A DNA stretch of 64,000 nucleotides from Octopus vulgaris (taxonomy: Eukaryota): positions 63,302,001 through 63,366,000 of the forward strand of contig OX597823.1 in assembly GCA_951406725.2 (NCBI GenBank), read 5' to 3'. Below the pieces are notes generated by a model that searched no databases, had not been told where the DNA came from, and was given only the letters and a program-made list of their open reading frames with translations. Shown in pieces: positions 1 to 17,291 of this stretch. The position numbers and the translations under genes were made by a program. Positions within the stretch are counted from its first letter, which is position 1; each line of letters opens with the position of its first letter.

Positions 1-610
1 GAGACAGACAGGCACGAGAGACGGTCAGTCAGGGAAATGAATAATTGTAGTAGGAGCTGAAATTGTCGCAGACTCGGAACGTGCCGGTAATGTTTTTGAT
101 GGATTTGTGTTTTTATTTGTGATTTGAATTACGATGTTTGAAAAAGAGACTCTGTGACATAAACTGTAATCTGTTGAAAAGAAAAGGAAAAAAAAAGAAC
201 TTGTAAATGTTTAAAAAAAAACAAAACAGAAAGACCGATGAAAAGGAAAGAAAGAGGAATCTTTGAGGACGAACTCTCGGTGTAAGAAAAGAAAGAATAG
301 AATAGAAAAGACTATTTGCTGTGATTCTGTATTGTGTTGCATGTCAAGCATTTGATTTGGTTAATCGAACAGTTGTGTTACGTTTAAATGTATTTGAAAT
401 GTTTTAATTGATTTTGTGAATTATATAAATTGATGTTAAATTGTACGTTGCCTCCGTTGTCTCTCTCCTTTGTTGTTGTTGTTGTTGTCTTCGGTTTCTG
501 GCTTGCGTTCGCTGCTCACCCCCGCTTTATGTGGTGGATTTCCGTTTGACTGAGCATAGTCGTCGTCGCCGACTTAGGGTCCTGAGTTGAGTTGAGCGAC
601 GGTCGTAACA
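1..610 (+). mobile_element. Possible 3' part of an LTR (solo or 3' LTR), truncated by window edge
   Basis: CpG-containing non-coding block ending abruptly in ...GGTCGTAACA (610), a typical TG...CA LTR end, followed by AT/(TA)n DNA; no PBS after it; 5' end not visible. Confidence 0.35.
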
Positions 611-644
611 ATATATTAACATACCATTATAATATATTGTATTG

Positions 645-735
<91 letters not shown>

Positions 736-1413
736 GTATATATATATTTATATGTATATATAATTGTATATATATATATTTATTTATATATACACACTCA
801 TACGTACATACCTATATACATGCGTACACATATATATACTTACATACGTACGTACATACATACATATATACATACCAACATACATACATACATACATACA
901 TACATACATACATACATACATACATACATACACTAGCAGCATAGCCCGGCGTTCCCCGGGTATGTAAGAAACTTTGTCGATAAGCAATGCCCTTTACCTT
1001 TTTACCCTTTTTTGTACTCATTGAACCGTTATTTTGTAAAATGAAGCCTAAAAGGCATTAAGGCATTCAAGGCACCGTTCCCTTGCATGCATGAAGAAAA
1101 ACTATGACAGTCAAAGTGCATTTTCTGGTTTTGTTTAGCACACCCAAACCAGATCTGAGGGATCAGTGTCGCGACGGGAACGCATGGGCTGGGAGTTTGA
1201 CAGGCAGAGGTGATAAGGTTGCACATGCCGGCCCTTTTGACCCCCCCTCCCCCGAACCCAAGTTGGGTTCGGACCACAGCTAAGCCCTACCTAATCCTAA
1301 ATTAAGTCTAGCGAAAGGGGGCTCGGGAGCCTCTAGTAGGCAACGACTAATCCCGATCTAGTCCTTTCGCTTTAGGGAACGAAGGCGCATGTGTAGGTTG
1401 CAACGTCTTCTCT

Positions 1414-2226
1414 TCACTCCAATACTTCTGTGTATACGACGTTCCTAGCCGTCCCTTTGGGCGAAAACATGAACACATCATTGCGCCTCCCAACGCGTGA
1501 ACAGCCCATGTAGAGATGACCGTGGGCGAAGCACTGTTCGCCCAAATGTAACCCAGCGACTTGTAGCGTTTGGCCTTGGGATTTATTGATGGACATTGCA
1601 AAGCAGAGTTTAACAGGAAACTGAGAACGCCTGAAGTGGATTGGTAGGTCAGCGCCCGAAGGTTGAAGGTGCATGCGTGGAATGAAGACGTCCTCTCCCT
1701 TCCCACAACCGGTAAGTATTGTGGCCGTTATTAAATGTGGTGCCAAATGTTTCACAACCAAACGTGTGCCGTTGCACTGTTTAGGTGGAACCAAATTCCT
1801 GATGAGCATAATGGGCGCACCGACTTTTAACTTCAGGATGTGTGGCGGCAGGCCTGGCGGTTCAAGTGAATTCAGGAATTCAACGGGATAATCGGCAAGC
1901 TTGGCGGGGTCTGCTGTCCTATCTATAGATTTGTAGACATGGACATCACCAGGAACAGCTTCAAGTAGCTGGATATTGATGGAGTTGACGGTTGTAATTT
2001 TGGGTGCGAGAATAGCTCTGCCTGCCAGCCATTTTAGGTCGCGTAAATTGTTTTGTAGCTCGTGGAAGACAGCGTACCGAAGGCTAGCAGGGGTGTCGAC
2101 AGTGGTGCAAAGTGAGTCCAATTGAACGCAGCCGTCCGCATCAGCCAGCATCCTGTTTTCACCGAGCGATAAGAGGTCCCTGGAGAAGGCAGCGGATCCG
2201 CTGTCACCAATCAACTGCGCGCGCAT
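1414..2226 (-). pseudogene. Helitron Rep/Helicase, C-terminal half of PIF1-family SF1B helicase
   Basis: Motifs RAILAP, EFLNSLEPPGLPPHILKLKVGAPIMLIRNL, CNGTRL, FIPRM, QFPVKLCFAMSINKSQGQTL, HGHLYMGCSRV; Walker A/B and Rep domain absent. Confidence 0.93.
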
Positions 2227-2228
2227 GT

Positions 2229-2978
2229 TATGTTTGCGGCGTTAGAAGCTTGGTGAGCTCTCCTCTGTTGTGGTGTTTCGGCAGATCGGGCCATGGCTGT
2301 GTTTGCGGCGTCAGCAGCTTGGCGAGTTCTCCTCTGCTGTAGGGTTTCGGCAGATCTGGCCATGGCTGTGTTTGCGGTGTCAGCAGCTTGGCGAGTTCTC
2401 CTCTGTTGAGGTGTTTTGGCAGATCGAGCCGTGGCTGTGTTTGCGGCGTCAGCAGCTTGGCGAGCTCTCTTCTGTTGAGGTGTTTCGGCAGATCGGGCCA
2501 TGGCTGTGTTTGCGGCGTCAGCAGCTTGGCGAGTTCTCCTCTGCTGTAGGGTTTCGGCAGATCTGGCCATGGCTGTGTTTGCGGTGTCAGCAGCTTGGCG
2601 AGTTCTCCTCTGCTGTGGGGTTTCGACAGATCATGTCCTGGCGGTGCTTGCGGCATTAGCCGCATTCCGAATGGCCCTTTTTTCGGGGTTCTCGCGAGCT
2701 CTGCGGATGGAAGCACAGGAAGAAGCCCGCATGTTTTAGCTGGACTGTTGCTCTTTCATCAACCTCGAGCGGAGGGAAGATCTGTACGCTGCGGCACTTG
2801 CAAGTCGGGTAGAACGGTCGCTAGTAGTTTCAGATGCCTGAGCAGCGGCAGAACTGGAAGCTTTTTGTGAGAGGCGCAAGGCGGTTTCCTCGTGGGTCTC
2901 GCGTGCTCTTCTAGCCCTAGCAGCCGATGCCTTGGCCGTCCGAGGGCTGAGGAGGGTCCTTCTCTTCTTGGGTGGCAT
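2229..2978 (-). pseudogene. Helitron Rep/Hel N-terminus with about six 69-bp (23-aa) STPR-like repeats, frameshifted
   Basis: MPPKKRRTLLSPRTAKASAARARRARET start; repeat ETPQQRRTRQAADAANTAMARSA with 69-bp DNA period (units at about 2275, 2344, 2413, 2482, 2551, 2620). Confidence 0.8.
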
Positions 2979-4390
2979 TTTGGTGGATAGCAATGTGTTT
3001 GGCAAAGGTGTAATTAAAAGGAACACGTGGGGTAAGTATCCCAAAATATATAAAAATGTACAAAAACGGAAAAAAAGTGGGCAGCAATGTGAGTGACAAC
3101 AACGAAAAAGCGAAAAGTGACCAAACTGAACAAAGGAATGGAAAAGGTTTTTTGGTGCACACGACAAAAGCGGCTTATAATTAACCAAGAGTTTGCAAGT
3201 AGCGTCCGAGGACCCTTAGGGTACGTCAAAAATTTAAGGTAAAACGTTTGGGGTAGTAGTTATAAAGAAAGTTTAAACAAAAAAAGTATTCGAATAACTT
3301 GCGGCTGCAGCAGCGATTAGCAGAAATAGGCCAACGTATGAAGCGAGCGGGTGTGAACCGAGAGAAGAAGTGGGAGTCACAAACTATACGCGCAAAACTG
3401 AGTGTGTCAGTGTATGTGATTGGCCAAAGGGTGTTTAATTGAGAGCATTGTTCACCGTTTGGGGAGTCAATGGGAAGAGCTGCAATCATCGTGTCAAGGA
3501 CACGCGCGCACGTGCGCACACAACTGCAAACGCATCTACAGCCCAACATTGCTCGAATTTGAAGCAAAAGGAAAACATAGTAACCTTTATGATAAAAGCG
3601 GCAAAAATCGACTAAATCGCCTGAAATCCGCCAACTATTTAACAAAAGTCAGTTTTGTAGGGTTCGCATGGTCGGTCTCAAAGTGATATGGTTTTGTCGA
3701 TTTCTCCCAATACTTATTAACTGCATTGACAAAAGGTCGTTAGTTTGATATTTAATGCAAACTTGATGTCCAACATCGGAGTAGGGAAAATCTATGTGAA
3801 CTTTCAAAAAGTATCGCAGAAAAATTGGTTTGCTATGTGTGCCACATATGATGTAATTAACCGATTTTTTCCAGTAATAACGTATCCTATTGGAATAAAA
3901 AAAAGAAGCCATATAGCTCCTTGGAGCAGACATGATGCTCGCTGTGAATTTTAAAAAAATTCCTGCCAATTTGTTAAAGATATTGTCGAAAATATTTCAT
4001 CTTGAATTTGAACGCGATTTCCGAAAATGGCATGATTTTATCGATTTTTTCTGATGGTAAGGTATTGCATGGAAAACTAACGCCAGAATTAAGTTCCTTA
4101 GGGTAACATTAAGCTTCACCATGAGTTTGGTGAAAATCGATTGCAAGTTGCGAAAACTACAACGGAAAATGTATTGCATATGATAAGCTTAGATTCTCGA
4201 CCCCATGTCGAATTTATCGATTTTTTTCAGAACTGGGGGAACTTTTCAAAATTTTCGCTGCTTTAGTTTTGAATTATGACATTGGGCCATGTGTGTATCA
4301 AGTTTCATCAGAATCGGTTGGAAGCCGTGGTCAGGGTGAGGGTACAACCTGACTGACACACAGACAGACAATCTGCCGTTTATACATACA

Positions 4391-4775
4391 CTATCAGTAT
4401 CGCCCGGCGTTGCTCAGGTTTGTAAGGGAAATAACTATAAAGCATTTTTAGAGAGTTATAGCCAAAAAATAGCAAAAAAATGCGAAAAAAATGATGGTAA
4501 ATTTTTTTTGAGAGTTAAAAAAGGTCGAGTTGCGTCCCCTAGACAGTCTGTGGTTTGTGTTTCTGATTCTCGACCCCATGTCGAATTTATCGATTTTTTT
4601 CAGAACTGGGGGAACTTTTCAAAATTTTCGCTGCGTTAGTTTTGAATTATGACATTGGGCTATGTGTGTGTCAAGTTTCATGAGAATCGGTTGAAAGCCG
4701 TGGTCAGGGTGAGGGTACAACCAAACAGACACACAGAAACACACACAGACAAACTGCCGTTTATATATAGAGAGA
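4391..4775 (-). mobile_element. Non-autonomous Helitron (~385 bp)
   Basis: 5' TCTCTCTATATATAAACGGCAG on minus; 3' hairpin present but terminal CTAG mutated to ATAG; near-identical to 59797-60180. Confidence 0.9.
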
Positions 4776-5140
4776 TACATACATACATACATACATACAT
4801 ACATACATACTTACGTACGTACGTACGTATCGAGTTTACAACGTCGGTTTACTTTTCGTCAAATACACTCAGTTTGATGATATAAATCTCTATCCGTATA
4901 TGTTCGTTTTTTTTGTTGTTGTCATGGCTGATGTTTCACTTCCGTAATTCGATCTATTTGTTTGTTCTCAGTTATCGTTGTGTTTACGGAACGGTATGGT
5001 GACGGAAAACAATAGAGTTTTGTGAAGTATTTCCAATTTTTTTTGTGTTAAATTCGTTATTATTATTGCTTTGTGACAATTGTTTTCATGTACTTGTATC
5101 GTAATCTTTTGAATTAGTTGGTTTTAGAACGGACAAATAG

Positions 5141-5369
5141 TACTCTCTCTTTACTCTTTACTCTTTTACTTGTTTCAGTCATTTGACTGCGGTCATGCTG
5201 GAGCACCGCCTTTAGTCGAGCAAATCGACCCCGGGACTTATTCTTTGTAATCCCAGTACTTATTCTATCGGTCTCTTTTGCCGAACCGCTAAGTGACGGC
5301 GACGTAAACACACCAGCATCGGTTGTCAAGCAATGCTAGGGGGACAAACACAGACACACAAACACACAA

Positions 5370-5418
<49 letters not shown>

Positions 5419-5566
5419 GGACGGACTTCTTTCAGATTCCGTCTAACAAATCCACTCACAAGGCATTGGTCGGCCCGGGGCTATAGCAGAAGACACTTGC
5501 CCAAGATGCCACGCAGTGGGACTGAACCCGGAACCATGTGGTTGCTTAGTATCATATCCTGCGCCT
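5141..5566 (-). mobile_element. tRNA-derived SINE family B
   Basis: Head AGGCGCAGG...GGTTCCGGGTTCAGTCCC, internal (TA)n/(TG)n, tail GAAACAAGTAAAAGAGTAAAAGAG; many copies in the window. Confidence 0.85.
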
Positions 5567-5829
5567 AGTATCATATATTTAAGATCACTTCCTTTATTGT
5601 ATCTTTTTTTTTTTTGCCTCTTGATAAAAAAAATTAAATACTTAGAAACAACACATCATTATCTTTATTGCAATCAAAGAAAATCACAAACAATTTGTGT
5701 GACAAAAACAGAAATCGTTGAAGTAATATGAAATAAAATATACATAAAATAAAATAAATAAAAAATAAAAAGGAAGGAAAAATTACGGCTTTCGAGTTTT
5801 TTGACTTTCACGAATGCATAACTGTGTTA

Positions 5830-8885
<3,056 letters not shown>

Positions 8886-8899
8886 CACACACACACACA

Positions 8900-9400
8900 A
8901 AATGTATTTATCAGAAAACAGATAAAAAATATAGTAGACCAGTTCACTGAGAAGATAGTACATGGGTACCTTGCACGTAAAATGCAAACCATACAAGGTA
9001 TAATTCATGTCAAAAGATTGGTATTGGGTACAGACAAGTTTATGACATCCCACTTCGTAGACTACCTCTATGCAATTCATGAACAAAAGATCGACACGAA
9101 ATACTTACGACACAAAAGAAAACGTTGTCAGATAACAAATGTAGGCAGTGTCCTAACTACAGTGTCCTAAAACTGAAAACAAGAGAAAGAGGACATCTAT
9201 GGATGATTAATAAAGATACAAAGTATGGGCTAAAGTTGAGATCATGGAAAGAGAAAGCAAATTCATAATTCATACTCTACAAATGATCACGATATCAGGG
9301 GGCTATAAAATCTGTAGGAACTTCTTAAGAATTAAAAGAAGAACTAAACGTTTTCCTTCAGAAGCTTGCTACCAAGTAGGTGGTCGGTCAAAATTTATTT
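8900..9400 (+). mobile_element. Fragment of a second, diverged R4/Dong-like LINE
   Basis: VHGYLARK...TSHFVDYLYAIHEQKIDTKYLRHKR aligns by eye with MHGYVSRK...TSHFEGYAFA...ISTKYLRYKR at about 7765-7930. Confidence 0.7.
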
Positions 9401-9416
9401 TTCATACATACATACA

Positions 9417-9452
<36 letters not shown>

Positions 9453-9460
9453 TATATATA

Positions 9461-11493
<2,033 letters not shown>

Positions 11494-11792
11494 AAAAGAA
11501 TTATATATCTATGTACGTATGTGTCTATGTATGTATATAGTCACACATACACACTCACATACAAAAACATACATACATAAATACATGAAGTTGGTGAAGT
11601 TATACATACACAGTTGACTTCTAATGACGCAATCAACACATAATTATACAAACTTATGATGTATAATGTCTGTTGTTAAAGAAACGAAGATAATCCTTTC
11701 CGTTTCCTATTTCTACAGGAGCATTTTTACATCCGGTCTTCGTGTGTTTGTATACATACATATACATACATACAAACACACATAAATTATGT

Positions 11793-11863
<71 letters not shown>

Positions 11864-11867
<4 letters not shown>

Positions 11868-12538
11868 CAGCTAAGCCGGGTTTTACTCGGTCGGTTTGGA
11901 TGATGTGGCTGTGAAACCTGTTCTGTGTAAGCATTCAACTTGTTTGGACACGCTTACGTTAAAAAACAATTTTAGAATGACTTTTTTCTATCGAAACGCT
12001 AAAAATAACTAACCAAAAGGAAAAATGCAACCAAGATTCAACCAAATCAAAAAATAACCCCAAATACTAAGCGCACAAAGACGAACCATCCCACTTCCAT
12101 TGCGCGCGCACACGCACACACACATTCACATTCTCCCCTTTTTCATACACACACATATATTCACACAGAGTTTAAACGCTGTTTGATTTATTTTTTTCTG
12201 TGTACAATTTTCATCATCCCACTACCAATTATGACATAACCCCTTCCTTATTATTATAGTAGATTATCTAGGTAACCATAGGAGGTATGAAAAAATATGA
12301 CATCACTCCTTCCATCTTTATTCATCTATCACTCCTTCCTTTCTCATTCATAAAGACAAGAGTATTATTATAGTAGATTATCTCGGTAACCATGGGAGCT
12401 ATGAAAAATTACAAAGCCCAGTAACACTACCGGATCATTCTACACATCTGCGTAATTTTTCGCGCAATTGCACCCAGCCGTTTGAGCGTGAATCCCAAGA
12501 CAAGAAAGAATCGCCCATGTCAAATTTATATGTATAGA
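11864..12538 (-). mobile_element. Non-autonomous Helitron, third family
   Basis: Minus 5' A|TCTATACATATAAATTTG; 3' hairpin CCGAGTAAAACCCGG then CTAG|T; internal ~45-bp direct repeat near 12250 and 12365. Confidence 0.8.
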
Positions 12539-12565
12539 TATACAGAGAGGTAGAGAGAAAGAGAG

Positions 12566-12598
<33 letters not shown>

Positions 12599-12858
12599 GA
12601 GAGTGAGAGAGAGAGAGAGGGGGGTATAGACAGAGATAAACAGACAGACATTCAGAGACGCTCAAATTTAGTCTGTGGAGTAGAAATTTCTTATACATAT
12701 TCTAATTTACAAAGTTGTAGCTTCCAAGATATTACATACACACAAACACACATCACATACATTCATATACATGCGCCCACACTTTCTCTGTCGTTTAAGC
12801 ACACACACTCACATTCTCTCGCTTATATACACACACACACGCACGCACATAAACACAC

Positions 12859-12946
<88 letters not shown>

Positions 12947-12948
<2 letters not shown>

Positions 12949-13550
12949 AGGTGGCTAGAAGCAATTTAAAACCAAAACGGAAAAATTTTACAGTCGCTAA
13001 AAGTGACTAAGTGTGCAAGGCAGTATCAGATTTGTTAGAAACAAGAGTCAAAGGAGTCACGAACAAAGCACAGTTCTGTGTACTGATAAGGGAGACAACC
13101 TCCCCACCGTAAGCGTGGGCATCAGAGTAGTACGCACATTTCGTATGAAGTTAATACTCATCGTTGATGCTACTCCATCGCTGGTGGTGAAGCTAAATTC
13201 CACTCGTCAGTATTTGTAGAATTTACCATTGGAATCAATGGCTGATTCAGCAATATGCTAATGTGAAAATGGTTAAGGTGGCAAGACGTAATTTAAAACC
13301 AAAAAGGAAAAACTTAGCACAGGGTTCTGGGAACAGTAGAATGATTGCGCTATAGAATTAAGTTCTTATTCATCCTTAATCTCTGATCAAACTCCACCGG
13401 GGCTTATAATCATTATAGTTATACCATTTAGCTGTCTTCAGTTTTAGAACGGCAGTCGAATTAGCCCTCCACAGGAGTCAGCTTAAAAGTGCGCGCCGAG
13501 TACGGCTTTTAAGCTAGTTTATAATACAAGATTGAATTTTCTTATTGGCA
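12947..13550 (-). repeat. Structured repeat with ~327-bp-spaced direct repeat, Penelope terminal repeat or retrozyme-like
   Basis: TAAGGTGGC...AATTTAAAACCAAAA at 12947 and 13274; abuts (TA)n; contains an HHR-like motif at 13124-13176 and hairpin AGCTTAAAAG...CTTTTAAGCT near 13480-13515. Confidence 0.5.
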
Positions 13551-13655
13551 AAAAGAAAAAAAAATCATCGCCAAATATAACAATATACATACATACGTCC
13601 GTACATACATACTTATATATTACATACTTACACACATACATATACATATACACAC

Positions 13656-13689
<34 letters not shown>

Positions 13690-13694
<5 letters not shown>

Positions 13695-14371
13695 CGAGCT
13701 ATTAATAGCTTTGTGTATTGGAGACGCTGTCTAGGCAGGTTCTAATAATACGCCTAGTGTCTCCAAACAATATTTAGTCTCTGAGCACATGGCCTATATA
13801 TATTTACAAATCAGGACAATTACGAGAAATTACGAGAAAAAAAGCGAGAGGAAGGTGGATGCAAAAAGTAGAAAGATAAATAAAACGAAAAAGAAAGGAA
13901 AAACTCTAAGAGAATTATAGTTATCTTCCTTTTGATCATAAAGCCATAAAGCTAGTTGGTATAGAATAAATAGAAGGTGTCTACAGTCTGCGAAGCACTG
14001 GCTCAATCCGGAGAGGGTGGTATTCTCCAATTCGTCAAAAGAAACTTGTCTATATGTTTGCATTTGCTGAAAATTTCTGATCTGGAATTCAGCAGTGCAG
14101 TGGAATTCTTCGATCTAAAAAGGATATGAAATCTTTTAGCTATGCAGAACTTGCATTTTTTATATCCATTAATATATAGTATAGATTTTTCTACGATTTT
14201 CCACTTGAGTGTATGTGGCCTAGAGTTGGTGTTCAAACCCCATACGTGAAAAGCCAACTTGGTATGTTTACATTCGTCTATGTGCCAGAAAGAAGAAAAG
14301 CGGTTAGAATAGCGTCTCTTGAAGTTTACCTTTAAGCTGTCATTTTCACTTAATAACTTCTTTTCTTTCAA
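13690..14371 (-). mobile_element. Penelope-like element 3' fragment (GIY-YIG C-terminus plus terminal region)
   Basis: FKRRYSN...SF...TKLAFHVWGL...KWKIV...KKCKFC...LNSRSEIFSKCKH is the typical PLE GIY-YIG tail; hairpin TTGGAGAC..CTAGGC...GCCTAG..GTCTCCAA at 13718-13766; ends at (TA)n. Confidence 0.8.
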
Positions 14372-14552
14372 TGCTCATACTGAAATTCTATATGAAACGT
14401 TAGCTTTCTTGCCTATTCCTTATTTAATTTTTCAGCTTTATTCAATTGATTTCTTGCTGACGTAGGCCGTGAAAGATTTTTTTGGATTCTAGTGATTTTC
14501 ATACTAATATATTTCCAGATAAGAAGAAACAAATTAATTCTTAAATGAAATA

Positions 14553-14765
14553 CTGTATTCACCGGTGTATAAAACGCACTCTCGCATAAGACAACACCCT
14601 ACTTTTTATATGCAAAAAGAAAAATATTTTATGTGGAAATAACAAATTTAGTATGTTCTTTCACAAACTCGTACGCTCGGTTTAGCATCCGTCGCATTAG
14701 ATATATGACAATATTTTTGTTACATTTAAGAATTTTTAAAAAATGTACGTCTTATACACTCGTAT
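14553..14765. mobile_element. Degenerate pogo-like MITE
   Basis: TACTGTATTCACCGGTGTATAAAACGCA at left and partial inverse CGTCTTATACAC at right. Confidence 0.4.
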
Positions 14766-15660
14766 GGGGTCTTCTTCCTGTTTAGGTTAAACATAGTTAT
14801 ACATAAATACATTGGTTAAAAATGAAATACAAACAATAATCACGAAGGAAGAAGAAATACACACGGACACGCGTTTACACACACGCGCTTATAGACGTGA
14901 GTGAGTGAGCGAATGAGAGAGAGAAGAGAGAGGGAGAGAAGGGGGGGAGAGAAAGATTGAAAGAAAAAGAGAGAGAGAGAGAAACATATACACAAAAACT
15001 GATGTTTGTAAAATGATCTTCTAGAGCGGAAACTAGCAAAACAATTTACCAGGATGTAGAAACACTATAAAATACGTTTACTAACACTTATATACATATA
15101 CATATACACACGATATATGCTGATTAGAACTTACAAGACAATACCATATAGGTACACACACACACATACACGCACGCTCACACATTTAACAAGTTTACAG
15201 ACAAGCATACACACACACAAACACAGACATACACACACACATTAACGCATACACACGCACACGCACACACACATTTAGCAAGTTTACAGACAAGCGTATA
15301 TACACATATACACACACACATACGCAGAGTTTTACACTCACACTATTTAGTCAAATGCAAGAATAAGGCAAAAATGATTAACGACGAAGCCCCATAAATA
15401 AGGAAATAGATGATAAAGGATTAAAAAAAAAAGAGAGACAATTTAAAACTTCAAATTATTTACTAATCTGTGAAAAATTATCGTTTCTAAATAAATCAAC
15501 AAAAATGTCTGCATCTATAGATTATCTTTATTTTGACAAAACGTAATGTTGAACGTTTTCGGTATAAATTATGTAACATTTTTGATGCATGCGTCAAATC
15601 TTTAAACTTCATTTCTCTGTGTATGGTACATAACATTTAACTTTCTTTATATGTTAAGTT

Positions 15661-15900
15661 TGGAGGCGCAATGGCACAGTGGTTAGGGCAGCGGACTCGC
15701 GGTCGGAAGATTGCGGTTTCGATTCTCAGACCAAGCGTTGTGTGTGTTTATTGAGCGAAAACACGAGGCTCCAGCACAGCTTTCTCTCACTCTCTGTTTC
15801 TTGAGTAACGCTGCGATGGACTGGCGTCCCGTTCAGCTGGGGGAACACAGAAACCGGGTAACCGGGCCCATGAACCTGGCTAGGCTTGAAAAGGGTTTAA
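15661..15900 (+). mobile_element. tRNA-derived SINE family A
   Basis: A box TGGCACAGTGG, B box GTTTCGATTCTC, body GTAACGCTGCGATGGACTGGCGTCCCGT; related copies at 41183, 50520 and 60403. Confidence 0.85.
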
Positions 15901-15940
15901 GAGAGAGAGATATGTTAAGTTAAAATGGCACGTACATTAT

Positions 15941-16554
15941 ACTGATTTCAAGTTTTGGTACAAGGCCAGAAATTCCGAGGGAGGGTTTATGTCGATTATA
16001 TTGGCCCCAGTGTTCCATTGGTACTTATTTTATCGACCCCAAAACGATGATGGAAAAAGCTGACCTCGGTAGAATTTGAACTCAGAACGTAAAGACAGAC
16101 GAGAAATGTCACTAGCATTTTGCCTGGTGTCCAAGCAATTCTGCCAACTCACCGCCTTAATATATAACGTGTAATTATTGATTTCAAATTATGGCATAAG
16201 GCCAGCAATTTCGGGGGAGGGGGCAAGGACGATTACATTAACTCCAGTCTTCTACTGCTACTTATTTTATGGACCCCGAAAAGATAAAAAGCAGTGTCAA
16301 CTTCGGTAGAATTTGAACTCAGGACGTGAAGACGGACGAAATGCCGCTAACCATTTTGCTTGGCATGCTAACGATTCTGCCAGCTCGCCGCCTTAACGTG
16401 TACTTTATACTGTGAACTAAGTTAAGGTGGTGCGTACTTTATATATAAATCTTGCTAAACGTACTCCATATATCTAACATATGCAGTAGGGTGTACTTTA
16501 TATACTCGAAACCAGACAACTGCTGGTTTCAAAGTTTGGCACAAGGCCAATAAG

Positions 16555-16619
<65 letters not shown>

Positions 16620-16768
16620 GGTGGGGGTAAATCGTTTACATCAACCTCAGTGCTCGGCTGCTACTTATTTCATAGACCTCAAGAGGATTAAAAGCAAAGT
16701 CAACCTCGGCGGAATTTGGACTCAAAACGTAAAGGTGGACGAAATGCCGCTAAGCATTTTGCCCGGCG
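15941..16768 (-). mobile_element. Three tandem copies of SINE family C (Nin/Deu-like central domain): ~15941-16158, 16177-16395, 16523-16768
   Basis: Each has variants of head AAGGCGGCGAGCTGGCAGAA, B box GAGTTCAAATTC and central GCCTTTCATCCTTTCGGGGTCGATAAAATAAGTAC. Confidence 0.85.
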
Positions 16769-17030
16769 AAATTTATTTCGTAATTTAGGGCGTAATTTGT
16801 ATCGTAAACATCTGAAGTACGACCTAATTTATATATTAAATAACAAATACATTAAGCATCTAAGGTAGGACGTACTTTACATGCTAAACATGCAAGGGGT
16901 GGTGTACTTTATATATTAAACAGCTAAAGTAGGATGGGTTTACTTTACATAATAAACAACCGAGGATGGGGAAATAATTTATAAAGCATCTAAGGTTGGT
17001 TGTACTTTATATGCTAATTAAAACTTAGGA
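16396..17030. repeat. Degenerate ~33-bp minisatellite interrupted by a SINE
   Basis: Recurrent GTACTTTATATATTAAACATCTAAGGTAGG-like unit, more than 8 copies. Confidence 0.65.
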
Positions 17031-17291
17031 GGAGCTGACTGTCATGCCATTACCAATTATATACCATAGGCTTGTTGAAACCTGATACTGATAACCATGT
17101 AATCTGGGAGTGTAAAGTAATCAGAATTGCCAGCGGTTAAACAAATCTGCTACTGGGTTTATCTAATGAGACAACGGGCGAAGGCTGTGTGTACCTAGCA
17201 GTATTTTACAAAAGCCCGTCAAAGTGAGATAAGATCCTTGAGATCCTTGAGAGCCAACGAAGTCGTCTCCTAGATATGGGATTGGGCGCCA

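Larger units (their letters stand above)
933..4390 (-). mobile_element. Helitron, internally deleted autonomous-type copy
   Basis: Minus-strand 3' end: hairpin CCCGG-GGAACG-CCGGG (945-960) then CTAG (933-936) and T. Contains PIF1 helicase and STPR-repeat coding remnants. Its 5' ~200 bp (4190-4390) matches the 5' end of the short Helitrons at 4391-4775 and 59797-60180. Confidence 0.9.

Noticed and set aside
642-1021. YI/HT/CV/MYVC/FLS-rich ORFs here and throughout the track
   Set aside because: Translations of stop-free microsatellites; no coding signal.
2228-2739. 69-bp array as CRISPR, and alternative-frame ORFs over it
   Set aside because: Contiguous repeats without unique spacers, no cas genes; explained as Helitron STPR coding repeats.
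13370-13480. Twister-like words (AAGCCC, GTGGAGGG) on minus
   Set aside because: Order and pseudoknot pairings do not fit the twister consensus.
15661-15735. tRNA genes at SINE heads
   Set aside because: No complete cloverleaf or acceptor stem; each continues into a repeated SINE body.
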